NCBI GenBank assembly: GCA_000934665.2 | Contig: KZ538526.1 | Span: 1 to 64,000 of the forward strand | Length of the DNA: 64,000 nucleotides | Origin: Catajapyx aquilonaris | Lineage: Eukaryota | Direction of reading: 5' to 3' | Shown here: one piece after another, positions 37,301-47,701 of the stretch | Numbering within the stretch: position 1 is the stretch's first letter | Layout of the letters: the number at the start of each line of letters is the position of its first letter | The notes under the pieces: model-generated | Databases searched by the model: none | What the model was told of the DNA's origin: nothing | What the model saw: only the letters and a program-made list of their open reading frames with translations | Position numbers and translations under genes: made by a program

Positions 37301-40170
37301 AATACATCTCCATGCCAGTCTCTCATTAGCAATTTGTGTGACTTTAAATTTTCCTGTGACTGTTTGGTTCCCATATCCAATAGGTGTAGTACCTCATAAT
37401 TGAGTGTACCGTGACTGACATACGTATTTTATGTGGTAAGAAGCAGGCTCATTCCATGAAGTGTTGAATTACCAAATAACATATGTTACTATGCACTGGC
37501 TTCATATAATTTTTCTGATAACCAGCAAAGGGTAATTTTGAAAAATAAATTCCAAGCTGTAAAATTACCACTATATTTGTATTGAGTTCTTCAAATGCAG
37601 TGTCTGATTACTGCACATAGCCCTGCATTATCTGTTTTTGACCCATCACACAATAAACGAAGTCAAGCTTCAGCTTATTGCTATAATGTAGAAAACTTTA
37701 TGCAGGCGACTCCACTTGGAATTTAGTGCCATCGTGTATCAGAGACTATGAATTTGTTTCTGAGGAGAATTTTTTGTAATAATTATTCATTTAATACTAG
37801 TGTCATTCTTGATTCTGTAAAGAACGGTCCATAAATTATATGGCATAAAAGTCATTCCAAAAGTCACCTTCAATTTTGTATCAGCATTAAAAATCAATTT
37901 TGAAAGTTCAGTGGTTTGGGGAAGGCATGTTGTGGAGACAAATAAAATGGGTCTCTTTTAACCCAGGGCTATTATGTAACATTTCACACCAATGGGTTTG
38001 AGCCGTGGTTTGAGCTATATATAAAAAAAGATGGGAATACAGAATGGCATCATTTATTGGTGGTTGTGGATGTGCATTGGGTTTGTATTATGTTTAAGCT
38101 AATTACCAAGTGGGATTGGATGTTTAGTCAAACCTAATGGTAAAGTAATAGCATTGAACTTCAGATGAAAGCAGAATTTAATCAGGTGGGAGTTATTGAT
38201 TCTGTAAATATTTTGCATGGCTCCGATTCAATGTTTAAATGCGGATGTGTGTGTCCCAGGTTAGAGATGACCAGAAAATTGAGTTCTAATCACACTACCT
38301 GAAGTTATAAGTAGACTAGTAACTAAATTGTAATTAATAAATGCAAACTCAATGCAGACTACTTGTAGTAATTAATAAAAGCATGTCTTGCAGTGCCTTA
38401 AAACTGACAGGACAAAGTTCATCAAAAATACTCGTATATATGGTACCAGAGTTGGATTGTGTGTTTTGTGGCACATTATTTTTTCTTACTGCTTATTTTT
38501 GCATACCAGTGCACATGTGGTTGCTAAATTATTGACTGTGATGATCACACAGGTCCATACAGGGGAGAAGCCATTCCCATGTGTATTCTGCGACAAGAGA
38601 TTTCGGAACAATTACAAGCGGAAGCAGCATGAGCAGGTCAGTTTTAACATTTGACCATTTTCATTCAGTTATTCAGTAATGTCTTGCGTTTCAATGGAAT
38701 GTGAAATTGAAGAGAGAGAAAAATGTAGTCCATTCCGTCACTTTCCACCATCCATTTCTTTGCATCACATTTCTGAATCATCACATGCAATTAATTGCAA
38801 GGTTTTATGGGAAAAAAAAAGGGCAGGTGGGCTTCTTGAATTACAGGCCATGTTAGTCAAGATTCCTTGTTGCTCCAAAATTGAGCCAGGGCTGTACAGA
38901 TATTGACTGTGTACCGTGAAAATTTTGAATCATGTGGAATATTATTAGAGATAAAATTGCACAGCCTTTGATGAATTCATGTGTGAAGGAACTGTTAATT
39001 AAACTGAAATGTTTCCAACAGGTACACACAGGTGAGAAGCCGTTTGCATGTGTCTTCTGTGATAAGCGATTTCGCAACAACTACAAACGGAAGCAACACG
39101 AGCAGGTAAGTTTTTCTTCCAGTATATTCATGGTGTGATGTGATACCAGGGTTTTCTGCAGTAATGTTGGTCCAGTTTACTTAGTCACTGTGTAAATGCC
39201 TCATTTATTGAACTTGGTTGTGGTCTGGACTAGATCAACTTTTCTTCTCGCCATGTAAATGGCCCTTGTTAACAGCATTACATTGACATCCTCATACATG
39301 TACCACTTGGAGAGTTTTAAGATACATTATGCTGACCTTTGTTCTGACCTTTTCTGTGGGACAGGTCCATACAGGAGAGAAGCCATACCAATGTGCTCTG
39401 TGCCAGCGTCGCTTCCGTGAGAAGAGCAAGCTGAATCGCCATAGTTGTGCTGCCACCTGTGAGCGCCTTCTCCCCTGCAGCCTATGTGGACGCCCAGTGA
39501 AACTCAAACTCACAGAGCATACTGACCTGCAACGGCGGCCATTCTTTGTGTGTACCGTATGCCGACGACGAGCAAGGCAGCAGCCCGCACCCACCATACA
39601 GACAGGTGAGGGGCCAGCGGTCCGATTCAGTAAGTGCTCACATTTTTACCTCTTCACATTTTTGACAGTTGTGATGACATTGTTTGAGACATTTATCTTC
39701 TCTTGCTAGTGGTTGCACCGACAGATATTCTGACTCGTCCAAAGCCCTATGCCTGTCCTCAATGTGGGAAGTCCTATCGCACAGAGCGTAAACTTCATAT
39801 GCACACATTGACCCAACATGCACCGCACTCCGTGGCTGGAACCATGGTACCCCATTCAGCTGCTGCAGCGGTAGTAGCTGCTGCCGCCCACTCCTCCTCT
39901 GTGGTGGCCACACATTCTTCAGTGGTGGCTGCCCACTCATCTGTGGTAGCCGCACATTCGGCAGCTGTCATTGCAGCACATGCAGCACCTCCAGGATCTG
40001 CCATTGTGGTGCCACATTCAGCTGCAGTAGTGGCTGCTGCAGCTGGCCATCACCCTGGGGTCGTAGCACCCCCCATCACCATCCCTGCCGCAGTTGTGTC
40101 TGCTGCACTGGCCATACCAACCATGCCCATTGTCACCACCAGTTCCACTGGTGGTATCGGGAAGAACTGA
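16306..40170 (+). CDS. multi-C2H2 zinc-finger transcription factor, up to ~716 aa / ~15 fingers if all exons are used; exons 16306-16593, 20643-20855, 23693-23800, ten 84-nt exons (listed separately), 39365-39605 (alternative donor 39629), 39710-40170
   Basis: TGEKP linkers, C-x2-C-x12-H-x3-H spacing; junctions phase-consistent (MK|VE, RK|EH, EQ|VH, final phase 1); Ala-rich N- and C-terminal regions; in-frame stops upstream of ATG 16306. Confidence 0.85.
22222..23098. mobile_element. large foldback element, ~350-bp inverted arms (22222-22570 / 22748-23098)
   Basis: e.g. gtatatttcgcgctgaatctgaatctctgctcagaagg vs ccttctgagcagagattcagattcagcgcgaaatatac. Confidence 0.9.
24499..24582 (+). CDS. 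ZF micro-exon E1 [28 protein letters not shown]
   Basis: ttgcag|GTG...CAG|gtttgt, 84 nt, phase 0/0. Confidence 0.9.
24985..25295. mobile_element. foldback MITE, ~130-bp arms
   Basis: tataggcaggccatgctaactt ... aagttagcatggcctgcctata. Confidence 0.85.
25312..26368. mobile_element. ~1.05-kb non-autonomous DNA element with ~170-bp TIRs, an internal small hairpin and a ~40-bp direct repeat (26090-26180)
   Basis: gtttatcctgggtgttgcca...ggtcccatggccacacagtctggtc vs gaccagactgtgtggccatgggacc...tggcaacacccaggataaac. Confidence 0.8.
26559..26642 (+). CDS. ZF micro-exon E2 [28 protein letters not shown]
   Basis: atgtag|GTG...CAG|gtcagt, 84 nt, phase 0/0 (this frame is absent from the ORF track). Confidence 0.9.
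28066..28301. mobile_element. Tc1/mariner-type MITE (TA-CAGGGTG...CACCCTG-TA)
   Basis: tacagggtgttcca / tggaacaccctgta termini, long imperfect arms. Confidence 0.85.
28360..28443 (+). CDS. ZF micro-exon E3 [28 protein letters not shown]
   Basis: atgcag|GTA...CAG|gtcagt. Confidence 0.9.
29745..29828 (+). CDS. ZF micro-exon E4 [28 protein letters not shown]
   Basis: atgcag|GTT...CAG|gtcagt. Confidence 0.9.
30127..30210 (+). CDS. ZF micro-exon E5 [28 protein letters not shown]
   Basis: attcag|GTG...CAG|gtcagt. Confidence 0.9.
32425..32508 (+). CDS. ZF micro-exon E6 [28 protein letters not shown] (most divergent copy)
   Basis: cggcag|GTG...CAG|gtcagt (absent from the ORF track). Confidence 0.85.
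32673..32756 (+). CDS. ZF micro-exon E7 [28 protein letters not shown]
   Basis: attcag|GTG...CAG|gtcagt. Confidence 0.9.
33762..34123. mobile_element. degenerate MITE
   Basis: gggtcattccatg..tcaggtttggacc vs ggtccaaacctgg..cgtggcatgctcc. Confidence 0.5.
34575..34658 (+). CDS. ZF micro-exon E8 [28 protein letters not shown]
   Basis: atgcag|GTG...CAG|gtcagt (absent from the ORF track). Confidence 0.9.
36609..36853. mobile_element. ~240-bp MITE family copy 2
   Basis: gttatgtaataatgtgtcaacccaca ... tgtgggttgactcattattgcataa; aligns with 50911-51146. Confidence 0.75.
38553..38636 (+). CDS. ZF micro-exon E9 [28 protein letters not shown]
   Basis: acacag|GTC...CAG|gtcagt. Confidence 0.9.
39022..39105 (+). 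CDS. ZF micro-exon E10 [28 protein letters not shown]
   Basis: caacag|GTA...CAG|gtaagt. Confidence 0.9.
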
Positions 40171-41024
40171 AGCCACTTGCACAGCACCTGCATGTATGTG
40201 CACCATTTGTAATAACTGCCTACATTGCTCTCCCCACCATTTCTCTGCCCTGCCATTACACGAAGAGTGGGTCCATTATAAATCGTGAGTGACAAAAGAA
40301 GGATCGTGATTCTGGACGACATAGTGTTGCCAGCAATTTTTGTTTATTTTTATGTTAAGAGGTGGACAGAGACTTTACCTGTGTTCTACAAGTGTGTGTG
40401 TGCAGGGTGGGAGTGAAAGCATGCATTTTTTTACAGACTGTTGGGCTTTTTGGCCTTGTGAAGGCCAATTGAGATGATGTGTTCATCACCCAATGAACAT
40501 ACTTTGCTACAGAGATGAGGATAAAGTGGGAAAAAAAAGCTTCATGTCACTTCCTGTTTGTTCTTAAACCAGATTTATTGTACCAATTGTTGCAATTCTA
40601 ACCAGTAGAAAAATATACTATAAGTATACTTGTCTTTATTGAAGCCGTTATATTCACTCCACTTGACTCTTTCATATTTCAGGGCTATGTGCATGCCCCT
40701 GTAGCCAATCAGAGCATGCAGGGAAGGCACGACCCAGCTTTTACTGGAATATTTTCACTGGAATCAAATGCAGGGTTCTTCTATTCCACAAATGGAGTAC
40801 GGATGTCAATTTTGTTGGTCAAAGCAAGTGAGGTTGCCGTGCCGTGACATGGGAACCAAAACGGTTCAACTCCTGCTAGTGCAATGTAGATAGTGAAATC
40901 TTTTTGTACATATTGTATCAAGCCGTTCATTTATTTACTACTGTCCAGTCAAATATTCTACAAGTCACATGAGTAGCAAAGCTGCACAAAAAATATAAAT
41001 AGTGTGGATAACAAAATAAAAACT

Positions 41025-43255
41025 TCATTCCAAGACAATGCGGTCCCTGAAGAATGACATGTTCATGGCTTCAGAGGGGTCCAGGCGTTTCATCTGAAAT
41101 ATTAGGTTGTTAGCCATTTAAAATGATACTCTACTTCTCAAGTGTTAAGCTTCAGTGTCTAGCATAGTTACACAAATGGAAGTAAGTGTGTATGAAAAAT
41201 ATGTCACTTACTGGGTCCATGGTGAGACATCCTTTGAGGAAAGTGACATATCGAGGGTCAGCCACTCGTTGTGGGTCAGATGCGTAGCGTGGGTCTGACA
41301 GCTGGTCCAGGGTTTGGAAGCTTCTCTTGGACTTGATGTGTTCCACCATATCCCGTGCATGTTGAGAATCCTGTTAAGTGAAGCATGTTAACAAACGTAC
41401 AAATCATTATGTTTGAGTGACCTACCTTGAGCTGAGCCTGTGTAAACCAGGTTGACTCTTTCAGTGTGAAAAAAAGCTCTGTCCTTTTTCCCTCCTGAAG
41501 TAGTTTGACTGGAGGCTTCCCCAAAAGATCCACCATGAGACGTAGCTGCACAAAATTGTACCTGGATGGGAAAAGGTATTTGTCTATCCCAAGGAACAGG
41601 CTGGCCGAGAGGCATCCCAAAGCCCACATGTCAATGGCTTCTGTCACTGGAGCACCTGTCAATGAAAACATTAATTAGAAATTGGCAGATTGTGCAATTT
41701 ACTGTGAGATGAAGTGACATCAGGTAGTGTGACTCACCCAGGATAATCTCAGGTGCTCTGTATGCTGGTGGTTGTAGATCATGTCCAGTGTATTGCTCAG
41801 CTTCATCCCTGAGGAAGGACAGGCCAAAGTCACACAATTTGACCCTCCATTTCAAAGTGCTCGGATCAACTAAGACATTTTGCATCTTCAGGTCAGCATG
41901 AATCACACCTTTTTCCTGCAATATAAGATTTTGCATGTTTGAGTAAGGGTGTCACCATGCAGTGTGGTGCATTGCCATGTAACATGACAAATGGAAAGTC
42001 TAGCAGCATAGACTATACCTTGAGCCAAGAGAGTGCAATGAGAAGCTCTTTGGTGATGAGGCAAGTGAGACCCATGCAGATGCTGCCATCAGAGATCTCA
42101 TGGACAATGGTCCAGAGGTCAGTTGGCATCAGGTCAGTGGCCAAGCAGAGATGGTTCTTGTAAATAAAGTCCTCATGGATGTGGGCGATGTTCCTGTCAT
42201 GATGTCCCAGTCCCAACCCCAGTCGCTTCAATATGCTGACCTCTCGCGTGTTGAGCTCTTCCTGGACTTTGATGGCAACATCGTCCAAGGAAATGTTCTT
42301 CAGTCTCTTGCACTTGTACACTGTGGAGAAGCGACCCTTGTCGAGTGCATGCTCTACCATGTACTGCTCCTTTTTTGTCACGATGAGGTCCAGTGGACGT
42401 AGTCTTGGTGCCTGCATCAAAATTTGTATTCAATTCATTATTACCATAATAAATATTAGTAGTATGCTCAGGAAGTGATGCTATTATGAAGCATTCTAAA
42501 ATCATATAAGAATTAGTCTAATCAATGCACCATAAAATTAAAGGACTCACATTATGCATGTGCAGTCATTCATAGATTACATTCTCATATTTGGCTATGA
42601 ACCACCCCCTCTTCCTTTGTCATACTTCATTATCATTAATCTTTGGAAAACTCCCCTTCCCACAGATTTATTATGTTATCTCTCCCACAAATAAGGATGT
42701 TCATGTGCAATTCTGGAATAATAATTTGGGGTGAGACTGTGTCTATCACTGGACCCTACACATGTAACAATGATGACATGTCATAAATCATTTCCCACTC
42801 TACCAAAAAAAAAAAGTAATAAGAATACAATAGCTCATTATTGACTGTATAAAAATATTTCTGAGTATTGTTAAAGGTTCAGTCACACTGCCTGAATGTA
42901 AACAAAGTTGTTATTGGTATTTGACCTTGTGACAGGAAATTCCCCTGCGATTTGCTCAAGTGGTCCGAAACCTGTTGTTTACCTATAATGTTCCACTATG
43001 TTGCAGATACTGTTTCAAGGCCTTTTGATGGAGGTAATATTGGCACCACAGATGATCACACCTTCCAAATCAGCCAATCTTATTTAGGATTGTTGCTCCT
43101 CACTGGCTAACTTATGCAATGTAACTAGGAGGAGTGCTAGTATTACCTATGGAGCAAGAAGTCTTTCACACGTACACACGCATGCATACCTTGGGTGATT
43201 CTTCCTTGTCTGTCTTTCCCTTATCCATGAGATGATTTGCTGCTTCACTACCCAT
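41025..43255 (-). CDS. divergent HIPK/DYRK-family (CMGC) Ser/Thr kinase, kinase domain only; exons 43255-43190, 42411-42019, 41915-41738, 41655-41426, 41370-41212, 41093-41025
   Basis: VAIK, IHADLKMQN, DFG, YRAPEIILG, EAIDMWALGC, LTMDP.KRL; phase-consistent junctions. Confidence 0.85.
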
Positions 43256-43671
43256 ATTGAAACTACGGTATAATAACGTATGTGAACCAGAGAAGGTAGA
43301 AGATGCTGATGTGGATGGTCCTAATGTTGGGTAGGAAGTAACAGTGGACTAGTCAGGATAGCCATAATGAAGCACCTCTATGAATCAATGGTGAGCACCT
43401 TTGCATGAATCAGCAGTCATTACTCATGTCTTTGCCTGAGGGGCCATACTTGTCCTCTGATTGGAAAGACAGCATTCCATGAAGCTCAGAGAAATGTGAC
43501 ACAATACAACATTAGGTATCTGAATGACTCATCACATGATTCATAAGCTGCTTGTGTGTGACAATTAACTTAAAGGTTTATTTTAGTTGCAGTACAAAAA
43601 TACATACTCTGATTGTTTAAATAATTTTTTGGAGTTCTTCAGTCATGGACTTGTCAAATGCAATGGTAAAA

Positions 43672-46334
43672 TTAGTGATGTAATGCTTCAGACTTGGCTT
43701 TAATATAATTCCAAATATCCTTGAAGAGTAATCTGTAGGCACTGCGGTAGCAGCTTACTCTGAAAATAAATTCATGATCAGTCCGTGCATAATAATTTAG
43801 GACAGAAAAGGTTGCTGCGTATGAGTGAGGGCTGCTACTTATTTTTGAAAATGCAAATGCATTGGCACGTAGGCAACAGTGGCAATAACTCATTTCCTAT
43901 TATTGGTAAGGTTGACACGCATAACTTAATATCAACAAAAAAGGTATACATAGTTCGCCTCAAATAAAGCAGGATTGTCCTGAAGGTGTGTTTATCTCAA
44001 CTTCACAGAAACCTGACATAAGAAATTGCTGGTGAGCTGAAGATGCCATGTGAAAGAGAGGTTAGCTCAAGAAGAATAAATAGTAATCAAACCTGAGGTT
44101 GTAAATGATGAAGTTGAATGCAAAGTGTAAGCAATAGAAGCAAGACCCAACCAGGTAGGAAGCCATAAAACTTATATGGTGACCAAGAAGGTATACTGCC
44201 ATGAGTGGCCCAATGCAGATGAAGTAAACTGCACTCAGCATTATGAACATGTAGGTCAACCTCATCTCTCGTTTATTCAGCTGAGAAGTTGTGCTGGTAC
44301 CTACGTCACTGCAAAAGTCGAGGAAGAAATTAATTGATATGTAGTTGTAAGGAATGAAATTCAATTATGTTACATGGAGACATAATATGAACCAAAATCA
44401 CTCGTGTTAAATATCACAGTACAATATTAAAGGGTAGCTTATTGGCATTAAGATAAAAAGGTGCTTAAAATTAATTTGAAGTTGTAAAAAGATATTTTGG
44501 TTAATGTGGTATTGTACATTTTTGTAATTTAGGATTACAATACTGTTCAAGTGACTTGGATTATTTTCCCATTTCCACTGAATAACATTTACCACCACGT
44601 AACTTCTGATATCTTTGTTACACTTCTAAGCCTCCTTCATCCTTGTGGTCATCTTCATTAAAAATAGTACAGTGAAGCATATCTATGACAGACCCTGGAT
44701 GCCGCATAAAATGTGTCCGTCACAGTAGTGACAGTACCGGTGCTTTTGTTTGATCATAGTATTAGATTTTCAATGTAGTAGTTGCACAAAACAGAAACCT
44801 TTTTACCACACAATATTGCTACAGAATCGACTAATCATTTTAGACAGGTGGAGCACCAAGGTTAGTATAACAAAAAAGGAAAATTTCTGCTTTGTTATTC
44901 ATTATTGATAAAAATGACAAACCTGTGATTTTCTACACACTGACTGTGAGTTCAGTGCTCCCAGCCCTTACTGCATATTTCATGAGTCTACTAATGATGA
45001 TTCATTATATACCAGTAGTCAGATTTATATTAATAACAGATTATATATTTTGAACAATGGGTCTTGCTAAATTTGTTTTGAAAAACTATGAGCCAGTGTG
45101 AAAAATGGGGGTTCCCCTACTTACCTAATGGCATGTAAATGTGCAGAGCTGCCACGCAATTTAATCCAGATAACAAGCAGCGACAGAACTGTAACAACTC
45201 CCGGAAGCAGAGAGCCAGTAACAATGATCCATTTTGCTTTGCCCAAGGCCATGCATTGCCCCACGTTTGGGTTGTACCCAAACTCTCCTACAACCTAGAA
45301 AACAAAATTAATAAATGCTTGTAAAATAGATATTTTCTTGGACAAGTCTGATGAAAACTTTAAGGTGGTGAAATATAAAAGAATAGGCTACTGAGTTCAA
45401 TGTTCTCGGCCCTAAATGGTGCCAATAGTCAACTTTATGTTCAACTTACACCAAATAGAGGAGCCAGGAAGATCAGTGAAGCACATAACCATGGAGAGAA
45501 AGCAGCAAGGCAGCTCTGTAATGTAGTTATTCCTGAGCATGTTGATGGCCACCACAGCATTGCTAACCTGGAATAGAAAATGTATGTGACTTTGGATCTA
45601 AATAATCTTGCATAACCATTGTGAGAATCAACAACGTCTCGTGAATTGAGGACTTAGGCTTATACTAACAAAATATTCATTAACTCTTCATTACATTTAC
45701 CGTCATTCAATGCATACCTGTTAAAAGCCAACGTGGCTAAAGAAAGAAGCGAAGCCATGGACACCACGTGCCGCATGTAGGCTATGACAATGCAGGATAT
45801 ACGTCCATAGTACCAGCCATGTTGCAAGTAAGTAATTGCTGACACTGGGAGGAACAGCAAGCAGAAAGAAAAGTCTGCTGCACTCATGCTCAGAAGAATG
45901 CTGGTTGTTGAATTGTGAAGGCAATTCCTATAAATACAGAAAGTCAAGTAACTTATACGTATATAGGAAGTAACTGCACTGCACTCTATGTTACAAGCAT
46001 ACACATCACAACTTGTGGTACTGCAATACTACGATGTCAGGATAATACATACTGTATGTTCTTTTACTTACCAGTCGAGATGTTTACACTTCTGGCGAGC
46101 ATATATCAATGCAACAATGTTCAATAGATTTCCTGTTGTCCCGATCACTGATGTTAAAAGCCAAAATACTACCATGCCAGTATCCAATATGAAAGACATG
46201 TCTGGAAAACAACACTCTGGCTGCAGACCAGAATCAAAGCACAGCGTAACATTGCAAGTTTGATCATTTTCAACACGTGACAATAAGTCGAATGATCCTG
46301 AATCATTTTGATGAGGTAGAGATGAGTAGTTCAT
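43672..46334 (-). CDS. rhodopsin-like class A GPCR, Tre1/Moody/GPR84-like; exons 46334-46072, 45927-45718, 45567-45450, 45294-45125, 44308-44093, 43759-43672
   Basis: TM1 GTTGNLLNIVAL, TM2 LSMSAADFSFC, TM3 LAFNR, ECL2 GEFGYNPNVGQC, REMRLT before TM6, TM7 NFIIY, helix 8 YRSAY. Confidence 0.8.
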
Positions 46335-47701
46335 AACTGGAGAACTTGTGTGAATGCTGTAGTAATGCAGCTCCCTAGAGTGTCTGATGGAAAAATAACC
46401 TGCGAACTAGAAATCCTGTTTTCCGCACACTTCCCTGGAAGTAGGGCATCAGACTGAGCCCTAACAACATGAATATTATCAGTAGCCTCACCATGCATAT
46501 TGTGTAAACCATCCCTTTATGACCCTTTATCCGTTTATGCATGACGATTTCATAAATATTAATGCATTCATCATATAAGTTCCTAGTGCGTCATTAATGT
46601 GTATTGGCAGGTAGTTTATCACTATAATGCCACATGTGGATAGGTATTTATATAGGACCAATAATTGGCCATACATAACAATCTGTGAACACCTGTATCA
46701 AAACAATGCAATTAATAAGAGTGAAATTAGGTTTTAACATAATGTAAATCAATCTATGTATTGGAGTGCTATCCAAACCCATGTAGAAATCATTGTGCAT
46801 AATAATGTTAAATGGTACTTTCTCATATAAATCATTATTTTCATGCGGATTTTCAAAACTTTAACGTCCTTCGGTCCTTGTGGTATTAAAAGTCAATGAA
46901 AATATTAATAGCATTCAGTGGGTCTTGTCTGGCATTATGTTGCCCCAATGGACAATGGCGAGTGAAAGTTTTACCTTGTGTGCCGAATATGATTTGCCAG
47001 AGCTCCCACAGTCCGGAAGTCGCCAGTTACTCCAGAACTCGACTGTCATCCACATTGCTAGAGGATTATTTATTCGTGTTATTCTGCCCTCATAAATAGT
47101 AATGCCTTCATCACAAGCAGAATAGATTACCTCTTTTAGGGGTCTCTCAGGCACCCTTGACATGGCCTATTTGAATGATTTTCTGGGTTGATGATCCCAT
47201 TTCAATAATAAAACACGTACCAAAGAGCACTGAAAAATTAAGAATCTTTACAAAATTTTGAAGAGGTGGGTGTGGGAGTGGGGTGGTAATTTTGACCCTT
47301 TTTGTTGAAACCTATTCAACATTCTGCTGTTTCTCCGTAACTAATCAGGACACACATGTGCTTAGTGTGAAAATCTTTTAGAATTGTTTGCTTTCATCAA
47401 AGTAAAAGAAAAAGGACAAAATTTATACATTTTAAAAATTCAACAGTGAACTTTGGCCATCGAGTTGCGTTTGGCTCAGAATAATCTATGAACAGAAATA
47501 TGCTAGATTGCTTTTACATGCAGGAAAAAAAAAAATCGGAACTTTTTATCTCCCTGACATATTTCAATCCGCACCTGACAGCTACACCACTCATCTATCA
47601 CTTTCACACTATCCATCACTGCCCTCGTGTAAAAAAAATACTGCCACTTAGACATTATATGTACTTTATTAATTAATTGCTCCTTAGTGAATACAACCAG
47701 A

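Noticed and set aside
24499..39105. CRISPR-like or minisatellite reading of the repeated 84-mers
   Set aside because: Repeats are coding, bounded by AG/GT, vary mainly at synonymous sites and are irregularly spaced in a eukaryotic gene.
5905..40170. One lola/mod(mdg4)-like BTB-ZF gene joining the BTB exons to the ZF array, with MRPS12 nested
   Set aside because: Phase-0 donors exist (e.g. CAG|gtcagg at 7363), but the BTB gene has its own plausible terminal exon and AATAAA (~8260-8362), and the ZF gene has its own CpG/YY1 promoter (~13.2 kb) and ATG. Not excluded without cDNA, but unsupported.
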